From the NCBI GenBank assembly GCA_013265495.1, contig MU058221.1, positions 3,970,001 through 4,034,000 of the forward strand: 64,000 nt of DNA, read 5' to 3'. The notes beneath the pieces were generated by a model. It saw only the letters and a program-made list of their open reading frames with translations. It did not search any database and was not told the origin of the DNA. Within the stretch, counting starts at the first letter, position 1; each line of letters starts with the position of its first letter. Positions 51,480-64,000 of this stretch are shown piece after piece. The translations under genes and the position numbers were made by a program. The stretch comes from Vicugna vicugna (lineage: Eukaryota).

Positions 51480-51800
51480 CAAATGTAAGAGCAACAATTA
51501 TACATTATCCTCTCTTGAAAAAAAAAATAAAGTAAAATAAAACTTCTCTGTGATAAAATCCAGGAAACCAATAGATTACTTAGAATAGGTTTAAAAAGAA
51601 AAAAAAGTCAAGGAATGGAGAAATTATGATAAAATCATCATTAATGAGCATAGATGGCACAAAATTATAGCAGCAAGATTCAACAATTTAAGGAATTACG
51701 GTTGGAGAAGAAAGTATAAATGTTCTAAACCTTGACCCAGAAAAAATCATAGCATAAAAATTTGGACAGAAGTGTAAAAATTCTAAAACCTTCATTCATT
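51480..51800 (+). mobile_element. HAL1/L1M-like remnant
   Basis: gaatggagaaattatgataaaa..atgagcatagat; A-rich and degraded. Confidence 0.35.
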
Positions 51801-51976
51801 TAAAAAAAACAGTCTGTTTAATAATTTGGACATTTTTTAAATGATGACTTCCAAAGCTTAATCATCTCTTCTTAATTTTACATGTTAATTTTAGGCAGCA
51901 TTCCTCTCATGCTTAATAAATAGTCATCTGAATTTTACTAATTCCTCCATATCTGTTGTTTCAAAAAATTAAGCAA

Positions 51977-52021
51977 TAAACAATAGTAAATTAAACAATA
52001 GTAAATTAAACCATAGTAAAT
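51977..52021. repeat. 15-bp tandem repeat, 3 copies (taaacaatagtaaat)
   Basis: Directly visible; one mismatch in copy 3. Confidence 0.95.
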
Positions 52022-52150
52022 TTGGTGCCCTTTCTTATGAAATTATTTTTTTATTCTGTTTTTTATCAGCATAGCTGTCCACTCATTCTTTTCATTTTCA
52101 TGAAAACGTTGTGTGGTTTCTGAAATGGTGTTCAGCAAAGTCTACGCATG

Positions 52151-52360
52151 CAGGGTGCTGCTCTGGAGCTGGATTGTACCAGCTCAGATGAAACTAATTG
52201 CTGAACTTTCAGGAATTCTGTGAGCTGGTTGTTAACCTATTGAGAACTAGAAATTGGCCATGCTGGGAGCACTTCCATCACAGAAACTGACAAACACTAC
52301 AAAATAAAGTTAGGTTTTTTTTTTCCTCCAGACGACGACCAGTTTGCGGAGACACCATTG
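52151..52360 (+). mobile_element. MER63A (hAT-Blackjack) MITE
   Basis: ctggagctggattgtaccagctc; ttttcaggaatt..gagctggttgttaa; gaaattggccatgctgggag; ends gacaccattg. Confidence 0.8.
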
Positions 52361-52774
52361 AACAGGGTGATAGGAAATAAACGTATTTCACTGAACTTGT
52401 TTCTCCTGATTGCCTAGTGATTTAATGAGCATACATCATGATGATAAAAACAGAAAAGTTACTTTTTTGCAGAGCAAACAAAAACTGCGCTTCTTATATT
52501 TGTGAGCTGCTTCTCCTCATAGGTGCCACGCATTGCAACTGACGATCTTTAGGATTATGCAAAACAGGTTTCTCCTCTCACATGTATGATAGCATTTTCA
52601 TAGTTTGGAAGGAGAATTTCATCTACTTACTGAAACCATTTTATATAATACGATTCCCGAACTTAATGGGAAAAAAAGGGAAATTTCAATATTCAGAAAA
52701 AGACTTTGAATAAATTCCTCCTTTCTAGGCTACACTTGAAAAAAAAGAGAAAAAGAAAAAAATTTTTTAAAGAC

Positions 52775-53149
52775 TAGAAGAATATCATATGATATTGCTT
52801 ATATGTAGAATCTAAAAAAAAAGAATACGAATTTTATTTACAAACCAGAAATAGACTCACAGATGTAGAAAACAAACTGGTTATCAGCGGGGAAAAGAGG
52901 GGGGAGGGATGGATTGTTTGAGATTAATAGATGCACATTACTATAAATAAAATAGATGAGCAGCAAGGAACTACCGTATAACACAAGGAACTATATTCAG
53001 TTTCTTGCAGTGAGTTGCAATGGAAAAGAATCTGAAAACATATATGTGTATATATATGTATGTATATGTATAACTGAATCGCTTTGCTGTACACAGGAAA
53101 CTAACATTCTAAATGGACTACACTTCAATAAAAATAAGAAATAAAAAAA
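52775..53149 (+). mobile_element. Artiodactyl-type L1 3' UTR
   Basis: atatgatattgcttatatgtagaatct..ataactgaatcgctttgctgtacac..cacttcaataaaataa. Confidence 0.9.
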
Positions 53150-56100
53150 CTAAGTAGGTTTGGAGGAAGATAGGATTTATTTCTCCTTCTAGAAGCAACG
53201 AGAGGCAAACAAAGACGAAAGGAAATGTGTGTGTTGGTTATGGGCTGGAGTTTAAGTCTTGAGATGCCAAAGTTTATTTAAGAAGTAGTAAACTAATGTG
53301 TATATTATATATTCTTCTGTCTTACTTAAACCTATCTGCCATATTTTAACTTGTCTTAGTTAACCACAGCAAAATTCTCTAGCATTTTTACTTTCTCTGT
53401 TTCCTTATTTTTCAATTCTAATTCCTCCCTGACATTCTTAAGTAAATCTATTGGTTCTAATATTCGCGAAGTCTGAACTTACAATACTTTGAGCTGTCCA
53501 AAGCCATTTGTCCTTCTTTTAATATCAGTTCTTTATAAATTGTTTTATTCACCACGTAGAACTACTTATTTTGTTCTAATCAATACATACTTTCTCTGAA
53601 CGCCTTTCAAGTTAAATTTAATACCACGCTAATTTAATCATGTATTCAATATTTGTGGCAAAAGAAACAAAATTAAGGATTGATTGACTGATTGATACCC
53701 TGAATAAGCTCATAAAGTATCTTGGGTGGCTGACAAAAGCAACTTTACACGTTCCTACCTTCTGGATTTTATTTGATGAACTTAAACTTGCAAGTAGCAT
53801 TGATAAGAGCTTGTAGGGAGAACCTTAAGAAGATATCACTCTTGTCCTGCACAAAGAACATGTCAAAGCATCAAACCAAATTCATTTTGTGATCATGGTC
53901 TGTGAACCACCGTAGCCGTTCCCAGGACACCCACTCTCTCTCCTGAGTCAATAGGAAGCTATTCTGGGAAGGACAGAGTCTCTTTTGAATAATGACTTGT
54001 TAAACCTCCAGGTAATGGTAACCTTGAGAAATACAGTCGAGTTTATAAATTTCGCCTCCTAAATCTGTGGTGGTCTTTGCGTTCTTCTCTAAGAACATGT
54101 TCTCTTTCCTTACGTCTATCTTGTTTAATACTTGTCTTAATTATAACCTTCCTAACTGATGGCATTGATGCCCCGGGCTTCACCCTACTATGTCCCGCCT
54201 CCATGTATTTTATCATTTGCCCTGACAGCCCATGTCCCATCCTAGGTGATATGTGAAATCCGATTTTTCCCTTTCCCCACCTGAAGTCTACTTTTCTATA
54301 AGATTGACTTGATTGACTCTGAAAGCCTGGAGACATTTTACACATTTAGCATAATAAAGACATACAAAATGAGAACAAAAAGTGAGAACTGGCGATCAGT
54401 CTTACTAACGAATGTTGCACAGTTCCTGTGTTTACATGTGGAATATGTAATTCCAGGCCCTCACAGATCTTGTCACATCTGCTCATGCTGCCATCTTATA
54501 AGAACATAAGAGCTGAGGTTCAAACCAGTTGTTGTAAGATATGGAAAATCTCTAAGAGAAAATAGGTGGGCATCTATCAGCATGTAATGAATACCTCAGG
54601 ATCAGAGACAATTTAATTTCTATTATTTATTCAAAGAGTAATTTTCATTGACTTGCCATTTGTCTAAGATTGCCAGAAATGGTCTCAAATTGGAAGGTTT
54701 TTGCAGTGGATATCACCCTCAAAAAAATAACCTGACACAACACTTCATAACAAGACTGATTTAATTTCTCAAACTCTTTCCTATCGCAAAACGGTAAGAG
54801 AACCCCCACCTTGACTGCAAAAGTATGTTCAGGAATCTGCAGGGGGCATCTCATAAGTACCCTTGACTTGGTCACTGGAATCGTGGCCATCATGGCATAC
54901 ACTCTGTGCCCAGCCTTAATCTTTTGGTTTTCTTGTTCTTGGCTTGTGTAATTTCTTGGATGTATTTCACTACCACCGTTGCTGGGAAGACCCGTGTAAA
55001 ATGGCAGGGCTGTTCTCTCAAAGATTTGAACAATAGAGTGTTCAGAGACATCCTTGAAAACGTGGACAGATTACCTTTCTGTATCCCACTGTGTTGTACG
55101 CTGTCACTCGGGAAGCCAAGCAGGGCCACCTGTGTACTTGGTTCTCACCGAGTAACTTGCAAGTAGAGACCCCCACCAATTCTGCCTACAGTCCCTCTCC
55201 TGGTGGAACTCAAATGCCACCCGTAAAGGCTGGCATAGTAACAGGCTAGGCAGATATGATTCTGCAAGTCTCCTTTCCCATCCCTGCGTATTCTTCTCTG
55301 CCTTCAATAATCTTCTCAAATCACCTGCTCTTCATGCAAACAAACCTACAGGATGTGGATACCTGATGTCGCCTGCATGGCCGCTCAGTAGAAACATCCC
55401 AGACAGATACGCATCAGCTTTAGTCTCAGTTAGGACCACGTCCTACATCTAAACCACAGTCCAGTAGGTCATAACGAGTAGGGTATTTGCTCATCGTGCT
55501 ATTATGATCCTTTCTTTTTCTACTCTGGATGGCATCAGACTTGCCACCTCTTCTGTTACCACGTTTTTTGCAGGGGAGAGTCAACTAGATATTCTCCTAA
55601 CCATCCGTTTGTCCTCTGCTTCACCAGCAGCTCATTTCTTCCCACAGCTCCACTTACCGCCCACCCACCTACCCCGCTTACCCTTAATTGACACCAAGCC
55701 AGTTGCGTTGCTGGACACTTCCGATGACTTTCTTTTCTACCCATCTGTAAGCCAGAGCTATGACATTCTCAGAGTGGGCCATAAAACCGCAGGCGAAACT
55801 GCTCAGAAAACAGGAGTCAGGCCACTGTATTTGGAATTGAAATTTTCAAGCGGATTTATCAAGCGGTTGGAGGCTGGTCTTAGTACAAGAACAGCTTGAG
55901 ATCGTCCTCCGGTCCCACAGATTGCTCTCCGGGTCTCAGCAGGAAACGACTGTAGCCTATTCTGCCGCTTTCAGAAAATAAACATTTTAACACCTTGGGA
56001 GCACCAAATCCGGTTCTATTACTGATGGAAACCAAGAATGCAAATCAAAGATATGGGGAGGACTGTTTCTCTGCACTTCCAAGAAAAACATCTATGAATA

Positions 56101-56788
56101 GGAAATCTTTTCCCACTATTTTCTGTTTACTTGGAAAGTAGAATACTAATCTCAGGTGAAGAATAACCACATTTGGATTCAGAAAGGTTTCTAAATGGGA
56201 ATCAACCACATACGAGAAATTGATTTTTTTTTTCCATGCAGTCGCTGGGTGAGAGGTCTGCGTTATGAAAGTAAATGAAGTTCTGTCTTGAGATAATGAG
56301 AATACAGTTGCCAAGAGAAGCTGTGAAATATTCTCTATAGGTGTTTTGCTGTTGTTGTTGTCCCCACTTGATCCTATATTGTGTAATTATTTTTGGAAAA
56401 CTTTCAAAGTGGTGATGATTTCAATGCCGTGCAGTGAATAAAGGGAGGGGTGACAGTTTCCCATAAAGACTGCGAAAGTAATAAGAGTGCAGATAATATG
56501 AAGACCCTTGCCAGCTCAGAACTGAATTTTGTGAAGCAAATATTGGAATTGTTTTCTTTCAAATGCCAACAGTTGTCTACAGCACCCATATGTAGTTGCC
56601 TTTTTAAAATCTTAAAGTGGAAATGTCTTTAGTACATCTGCAATAGACAAAGAGAAGAACAGCCTACTCTTCCCATTGCTGCCCACATCCTTTATCCCAA
56701 AAGTATCTTCCAAGACAATCTCATGGTCTGAGTGTCTTCCCTCTGCGTGGATGTGCCTAATAAGGGTTATTGTGAGTCATTTGCTTTT

Positions 56789-57323
56789 TTTTTTTGAAGT
56801 ATAATCAGTTTACAATGTTGTGTCAATTTCTGGTGCACAGCATAATGTTTCAGTCGTACATGTACATACATTTATTCCTTTTCATATTCTTTTTCATTAT
56901 AGGTTACTATGAGATATTGAATATAGTTCCCTGTGTTGTACAGTAGAAACTTACCGTGTATCTATTTTATATATAGTAGTGAGTATCTGCAAATTTCAAT
57001 CTCTCAATTTATCCCTCCCCCCACCACACTGGTAACCACAAGTTTTGTTTTCTATGTCTGTGAGTCTGTTTCTATTTTGTGAATTAGTTCATTTGTGTCA
57101 TTTTTTTTTAGATTCCACATATAAGTGATCTCATACAGCATTTTTCTTTCTCTTTCTGGCTTACTTCACTTAGTGTGATGATCTCCAGGTCCATCCATAT
57201 TGCTGCAAATGGCATTATTTTATTCTTTTTCATGGCTGAGTAGTATTCTTCTTTATCCAGTGATCTGTCAGTGGACTTTGAGATCATTTCCATGTCTTTG
57301 CTGTTGTAAACAGTGCTGTTAGA
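56789..57323 (-). mobile_element. L1 3' end with perfect 15-bp TSD
   Basis: gagtcatttgctttt at 56774-56788 and 57324-57338; minus ORF reads EYYSAMKKNKIMPFAAIWMDLEIITLSEVSQKEKEK (ORF2 C-terminus). Confidence 0.95.
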
Positions 57324-57397
57324 GAGTCATTTGCTTTTGAAGGCTGAAGCATGGATGCCTGTGGTACCACTGACATTGGCTCTGGGTTTCTTCGGTT

Positions 57398-57422
57398 TGT
57401 GTGTGTGTGTGTGTGTGTGTGT
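57398..57422. repeat. (TG)n microsatellite
   Basis: Directly visible. Confidence 0.95.
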
Positions 57423-57424
57423 TT

Positions 57425-57510
57425 AGACTTAATTTTTTAAAGCAGTTTAAGGTTCACAACAAAATTGAGGAGAAGGTACAGAGAATTCTCTTACACCTCT
57501 GTTCCCACTG
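57425..57510 (-). mobile_element. L1MC/L1MD 3' terminus
   Basis: agacttaattttttaaagcagtttaaggttcacaacaaaattgaggagaaggtacagaga. Confidence 0.75.
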
Positions 57511-57569
57511 GAGGTGCTTTTTAATTTTTAGGATAAAAAAAAATTTTTTTATTGGTCTCCTTGGTCTGG

Positions 57570-58150
57570 AGCTTTCTAGTCATAATCCAAGGCCCTCCCT
57601 TTCTGTGCTTCTCCACCCTTCTATCATCCTTAATACTGTAGTACCTACTTTCCCATTTACCTCTCCGACCACATCTGTGTGTCCTTCACTAACTCTGGTT
57701 CTTCCTCTCATTTCTTAGATGTGGCATCTAGTCTTTAGTTCTCTGCTGTCTTTTATTCGTGGTCACCATCTTCTCTCAACACATCATACATTTCTGTGTG
57801 TTTGGGTCCCAAAACATTTTTGATAACTCAACTTATTTGAATTTTCCTTGGATTTCATCACTTCTTTAGGCTTTATTGCTAGCTGAAATGTTTCTTTCTA
57901 AAGGAGCTTTCCTGACTCCTCCTGTTGCAAAAGAAAAGTTTGTATGCAGTGTTTTATAGCGTAGTCACAATGTGTGGCAACCACTTGCTTACAAGACCTT
58001 GAATGTGAAGACAAGGTACCTAAGTGGGCAGTGGTGTGTCATCCCAGATCTGCCAGCTGACCACTCAGACGTGTACACAGTGGGGAAAACTCACATTTAG
58101 GTGCTCATCATATTCCAGGTCCTGACACTTAGTGTATGTTTAGGTAAATC
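57570..58150 (+). mobile_element. L2 3' fragment
   Basis: taatccaaggccctcc..gctttcctgactcc..tccaggtcctgacacttagtgtatgtttaggtaaat. Confidence 0.45.
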
Positions 58151-59130
58151 TAATTTTGGTCCAATGGGAGCTGGTTGCCCTCTGTAATGTGATTACAAAA
58201 TTGATACAAGATAGAAATGCAAAGACCCCAAAATTTGTTTGTAAGAGCTGAATGTAACTTCAAGAAATGAAATGTTTATCTTCACTGACTGATCAGGGCA
58301 TTCCTTTTGATGCAGACAAATGCTATTGGAGGTCAATTTATAATCAAAATTTTGATTAATATAGAATTTCTCCATGAAAACCGGTATGATTTTTCCCTGT
58401 GCATTAAGATTTCTGCCTCCACTTGGGTCTTTGATTGAACCTGTTGTAATGTTCCCACCTGAATAGCATGTTTTTGACGTTTTATTGAAGCCTTAAATAA
58501 GATTAATGCCAAATATTATCCTGGGACATATCCTGCCTTTAAAAGAGCTTTGAATATGGATGATGTGCTCTTTCGAATGTCTGTTTTATAGGTTAAGACT
58601 TGGAGGAACATCCTATTGTCTTATTTTGAAACGCAGCCAGAAGAGGTGGCAGGAAGTGGGGACGTGGATTCCACATATTTCCCAACAGCAGTTTTGTCTT
58701 ATACACCAAGTGAAGAACATTCTTGATCATCTGGTGTAACACCTTAGAAAAAATAGTAGAAAATCAACAAATAAGATTGGGAAAGAATAATACAGAAAAT
58801 GAAGAACTAAATGAATTGCTTCTTTCTCTTTTAAACATGAAACCTCAGGGAATTGCAGTTATGAAAATTATTGGAAAAATACTCTGATGACCTTGGTTAT
58901 GGTTCTGTTTCTGCCACGTTATAGAGATAATCATGCTCGTATTCTGTATTTGGGAATCGGGAATTGTCTTATTATTTTGTATGCTCACAGAAGGAGTGAT
59001 GAAACAGAGGATCTATAACCCGGAGATAAGTTTTCTTGAAAAAGTGTTTTCTTGCGTGGGGGGGGGGCAATAGAGTATAGAGAGAAATGGGTCAATGTTG
59101 AATCCAGAATTTAAATAAATAGACCTTACT

Positions 59131-59144
59131 CCAGCAGAGGGCAA
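59131..59144 (+). promoter_or_regulatory. Candidate CTCF core site
   Basis: CCAGCAGAGGGCAA matches CCASYAGRKGGCRS at 13/14; motif only, no binding data. Confidence 0.4.
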
Positions 59145-59763
59145 GCCCTATAATTTTGTCTGCTTTGTGTATTCTATTCTCAAGCTTAATTTGAGAGGGA
59201 ACAAAAAATTGTGGAGTAAGACACATGATTTTATATCATTCTATCCCGAGTCTGTAAGTGCTGATAGGATGTCAGAGAGTGAAAGAATTCTAATGGAGCT
59301 TAGAAACCTTGCCAGGATCTTCTCAACTTGTTACCTGTGAGACTAGTTTGCTTAAGTCGTGTTCCAACAGCACCAATCATTCAGGCTTTAGCATGACTGA
59401 ATGTCTTACTTTGAGCATCCCCTTGGCCCAGCAACTGTTTAGCACTATTTTCTAAATTGAAGCATCTCTGAGAAATCACTGAACATACATTGAAGCCATC
59501 AAACACATAGATTGCCACACCTGGCACTCATCCAGAGGTCTCTCACAGAAGTTAAGTACACACCATTTTAGTTGATCATATTCTGACTTCTTCTCATTGG
59601 TCTTTACAAACTCCCAGCACACAGTACAACTTGCACATGTCCACAAGAGATTTGGCCTGATTATTTTGTGCAGTTGATTCTTGAATTTCCCCTGACCTCC
59701 CACCCAAATTAAAAACAAAAACAAAAACAGTTCTCTTGAAACTAATGCTTTAATGTTTATAGA

Positions 59764-59948
59764 AGTTGTTCTTAACATCTGGTTCGTGGACCAGCAACAT
59801 CCGTATTACCTCCTAATTTATTAAAATACAAATTCTCAGGTCCCATTCCAGATCTACAGAATAGAAACAGCCAGGTAGAGCCCAGCTGTCTGTGTTTAAA
59901 TAAGAGCTTGAAATGATTACGATGCATGCAAAATGTTGAGACTCACTG
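59764..59948 (+). mobile_element. MER5A MITE, near full length
   Basis: gtggaccagcaacatccgtattacc..aaattctcaggtcccattccagatctacagaatagaaac..tgcatgcaaaatgttgagactcactg. Confidence 0.85.
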
Positions 59949-62110
59949 CCTCTACTGTTACATGAGGTTGGACAGCCCATTAGCCATGCATAGATAGCAG
60001 TAGACCATATACTCCTAGACATATGTTATCACTGGCAATTTCCAAATATTAGTGAGTCCAAAGACCTATATCTGCAGAGATGAGACAGCCCAACATTTGG
60101 GTAAATTCAAGTAATTGCCAAACAATAAAAGCTGAAATGAATTCATACTTCACATTTCATAGTCTAGCCAAGAACACGTTTAATGCCATAAAAAAAATCC
60201 AGTAGAAGTTGGATCTAGTTTTCTTAAATGTTGGGAATCTACTTAACATAAGTTTCAGAGCAAAATAAAATCAGACACAGCGTGCATTTAGAAGGCAGGG
60301 GTGTAGGGTCTGAAATTAAGACTTCCTCCATTTCCACTCAAGCTACTGAAGATTTAGACAAGCTGAAGGCTTGACAAGATTGTTGTAGGAGTGGCAAGTG
60401 ACAATCTCTGAAAGTTTCTAACAGAGATCCTGGAATAGAAGTATTCAGTATGTACTTCCAAAAGCTACGCACTTCAGGTAAGTACTCAATGCGTGCTCCA
60501 AAACCTAGATTGTGAGTGTTTTCTTTCCTTTGCTCGCATGAGCCTAAATTCATTTTTGAGACCTCATTGCCCCAGCTCTCTACTTCGATCTGTGTGGAAT
60601 CCACAGCCGTTTTATCCAAGCAGCAAAACAACCCTCTCTTGAATATTTACACTTATATTCTGAAGAGATATGTGCAAAGGCACAGGATGCCCTTGAGGAT
60701 TTTGCATTTGGTTCTGTGATTAAGACAAAATAAAGCAAGCGCATTTTGCTTGGCAGCACCCTTGTGGCAAGACATCAGAAGGAACCTATGAACTGTCACT
60801 GTTATTATTTTCCCGGACACTGGCGCTGCGTTTCTTTTACTAAAGAGCCTTAAAAATTGTCTGCTGCAGATGAAAGTATGTAAATAAATTCTTTTCCTTG
60901 TGCAGCCATATTATTGAGCTTTCTAGAAGTAGGAGGTGATAGAAAGACTGAAGCTCAAAAAGGATACTGTCTTAGCTTTCTACTATGTGTGTATGAAATG
61001 CACTCAAGTATTTTGAGATGAACAGACATTGTTATCTCTTCATAAAGATCAGTGTGATTTTAAGCAATTATTTTTCTGCTTATTTGATGAGTAATAGTCT
61101 GAATGATATTTCTTCTTAGCTGTGTGTGTATGTTGGAAGTGACATTGAGACCCTTTTATGGGAAATCTATCTAGCTAAGGAAAAGGGACAGAAGGATTCT
61201 CACAGAGATGTGAAACGCCATTTGGCACAGCAGTGACATACATCAGAGAGAGGGGATCTCTGGAATGTTCTGTCCTGTCAGAGTTTTAAGGAGCACCAAT
61301 AAAATGCAATGAAGGGCCATCAGTTACACTGTATTTCATGTAAAAGCTTTGGCACACGTACCATGCTTTTTATGAGACTCCTCCTTAAACGCTCATCAGA
61401 GACAGTATATTTTCTTTTCAGGTTCAACATGGGAGAAGGAGATTGTCATAAGCAAAGGTCCGTTGGCAGCCAGAGTGCCTGTCTCTTTAAAAAGCTGCCT
61501 TGTTCTGGCACATTCCTGATCATGCGCTGTCTGTGGGCGCCCCACCTCACTCCTCCGTCAGCTTCCGCAGAGCTCACCATGCTCATAGCACTGGGCAGGC
61601 ACTGACCCATTCATTACAGAGCGCAGGAAAAGGCAAAAAAGCAAAGACCAATCAGCCACGAAGCTTGCCTTCCAAGATCTCATAGTTTGAGAGGAGAAAT
61701 AAGAGGGTTTGCCAATCTTTGCGATATAAAAATTAAAGAAGAGATCATATCTATGTGAGAGGAGAGCGGAAAAATCCAGTTTCATCTGGGCAGTATTTTT
61801 AAAAATAAATGTAGTTTGGATCGCAAGACAGTGTCCTGGGTAGGTCAGTAGCTTTAATAAATCCCTGCCCACCTTCAACCTCATGGGAAGCTTAAAAATC
61901 ACAGCTTTAGCTGAGCTCTGAAACTTCAAGCGTTTGTCCAGGCATTTCTTCCTATACACTCCTTTCACATTGCTTCCTTTCTTCTCATTTTCCTTTCTTT
62001 TTTAAAAATCTATCTGCCTGTTAATTGGTCTATACTGGGCTCCTTTGGCTGCATAATTACAAGTTCAATGATCTGCTTTGTCTTAATTTATTATTTTGTA
62101 ATTAATTAAT

Positions 62111-62368
62111 TTTTCTTTCTTTTTTTTAATTGAAGTATAGTCAGTTTACAACGTTGTGTCAATTTCTGGTTCACAGGATAATGTTTCAGTCATATATATA
62201 CATACATAGATGCATTTTCATATTCTTTTTCATTATAGGTTACTACAAGATATTGAATATAGTTCCCCGTGCTGCACAGTAGAAACTTGTTGTTTACCTT
62301 TTTTATATACAGTGGTTAGTATCTGAAGATCTCGAGCTCCCAATTTATCAGTTCCCACCCCTTCCTCC
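62111..62368 (-). mobile_element. Lineage-specific L1 3' UTR
   Basis: ttttaattgaagtatagtcagtttacaacgttgtgtc..ggttactacaagatattgaatatagttccc. Confidence 0.92.
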
Positions 62369-62639
62369 ACTTAACTTATTCTTTAATTCAATTAATATGA
62401 AATAAGCGTAATGACAATAGTTCACTGTAATAAGGACTAAGAGAAGAGATAAAAGAGACAGAGACCCTTTCTTCGTGGAGTTTGTATCCTCTGACATCTC
62501 ACAGAGTTGAAGAATCTCTTTCATTCTCATGTCTACTCTCGGAATAAATCATATCGAATTAGGTCCCTATCCGTTCAGCACACTGATTGTGAGCAGTGGA
62601 AAGAAATTCAGGACGCAGGTCATTGGCTAGTGCAGTACC

Positions 62640-63150
62640 ATGCCAGGTTAAGTGATTAAGGAGCAGCCTTGAAATTTTCGGGCTGTGAGAGAAGAATGAG
62701 CAAGAGAGATTTCAAGTAAAATAGGAAATATACCAGTGGAGTATTTGCAAGATTTGCACTGTCAAGGGCAAAGGATACGTTTTTCCAAATGGATCATGCT
62801 AAGGGGACTTTATAAAATGAATGGATTCTCAGCTTTAGTGATGAGTTTAGGCCAAGACACTCTTGAGAGCCAAGCTGCACTGCAGTCAAGACCTCTAATA
62901 GTCCTGGAATCACAAATAAGCCACCGACCTGTACGTCCTACCCAATTAGCTGAAATGTCGTCAAACAACTGAGCTGTGGAGCCACCTTTGTATCTGAAGG
63001 CAGATGTCATGTGTGACAATTTGAATGAGTAGGAGAATTTGCTACAGAGGATTAGGGAGTAAAGGTCTGCAGGTGTCAGGCAAGAAGCAGTGTGCTCTTA
63101 TACAAAGATGTGGGCACTGAAGAGACAGACCTTCAGAAGCCTGGAGTCTT
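62640..63150 (-). mobile_element. L2 internal fragment
   Basis: gctgtgagagaagaatgagcaagagagatttc..atttgaatgagtaggagaattt..agacagaccttcagaagcctgg. Confidence 0.45.
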
Positions 63151-63469
63151 CAGGACCCTTTCTTTCTTCACGCTTGACCAAATTCCTGAATTTCCAGCTC
63201 AAGTATTGCTTTTTCTTCTAAAACTTTAATCCATCTTAAACTGGATTAAACTGAAGTCTTTTGTCCATAATGCATCCTTTTGCCCTTGATTTTTCTACCT
63301 ATGTCTACGTCTGTCTCCTGAACAAGCCATTGAGCGTATATTTGGGGACAACTTACAACCTACTCCGTATTTAAGATGAAGCAGAGCTCCCAACAGATGA
63401 CACGTTAAGATTTAATGATTCGTAAGCTTGTGATCAGCTCTGTAATTAACTCTTAGAGAGAGTACTTCT

Positions 63470-63995
63470 CGTGCTGGGACCCGCTAAAGGAGTGGAAGGC
63501 GCGGCAGGAGGAGAACTGGAGCCAGCGGCCCGCCGAGCTCAAAGCCCAGCGGTCACGGGCTAGGACAGCTGTCACAGGACTGACAGGCTGCGACGCTGGC
63601 TTGGAATCAGCAGGAAAAAGATGTTAGTCAAGGAGAAATATGTTTTCCCAGTCCCTTCCTGAACACCTGCACGGACCTAATTTGATATGATTTATTCAAC
63701 AGAGTGGGCCGCCTCACAGGCCACAGCTATGGCCGGCGTCCAATATCCGTGACCCCATTAAACCCTCATCAAGTAGAAAGAAATGGGACGGAAGGGGGAC
63801 CGTGTCGTCTTTTTTTTTTTTTTTCTTTATTCCTTTCTGGGCTCCCAGGGTCCAAAGAAAGTGCATATTTGGAAACAACACAAGTAGAGGTCAAATTATG
63901 TGCACAAATTAAACACACAGCCCTGGGACACCCTATATAATTTTATGTCCAATTTCTGGCAACCCCGAAGCTCTGGAGGAGGGCCAACGACATGA
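63470..63995. promoter_or_regulatory. CpG-enriched, repeat-free candidate enhancer/promoter
   Basis: 11 CpG in ~130 bp (63470-63595); TALE and PBX-HOX motifs; CCAAT ~63740; TATATAA 63934-63940. Confidence 0.4.
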
Positions 63996-64000
63996 AAGGG

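Noticed and set aside
61412..61447. 36-nt exon-like segment after ttttcttttcag
   Set aside because: Weak donor (gtccgt), unrecognised peptide and no supporting gene structure.
1..64000. Novel gene system, operon, CRISPR array, tRNA/rRNA or NUMT
   Set aside because: Mammalian repeat-rich non-coding DNA; no regularly spaced repeat-spacer array, no structural RNA motif and no ORF with recognisable non-TE protein similarity.

Overview
This window is AT-rich mammalian intergenic or deep-intronic DNA. I can support no protein-coding gene, RNA gene, NUMT or CRISPR array here. The only protein-like ORFs are decayed LINE-1 ORF1/ORF2 remnants. The repeat content points to a cetartiodactyl, most likely a camelid (inference): artiodactyl-type L1 3' UTRs and a Tigger2a-type MITE are present, with no recognisable Alu, B1/B2, Bov-tA/BovB, PRE-1, CHR or SINEC. 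The window holds about 15 lineage-specific L1-mediated insertions plus old L2/MIR/L1M fragments, LTRs (MLT1, MLT2, LTR33, MER74, ERV1 solo LTRs) and DNA transposons (MER5, MER20, MER45B, MER63A, MADE2). Repeat family names come from recalled consensus sequences and need a Dfam/RepeatMasker check. I found no convincing new biological system. The most interesting signals are fossil rearrangements readable in the sequence: a 340-bp L1 3' transduction, an orphan micro-transduction, three twin-primed L1 inversions (one a chimeric RNA inserted into an MLT1), a locally templated 112-bp insertion inside a Tigger2a, and a ~2.8-kb inversion that splits one MER45B. There are also a few candidate regulatory islands, including a CpG/TALE-motif/TATA patch at the right edge.
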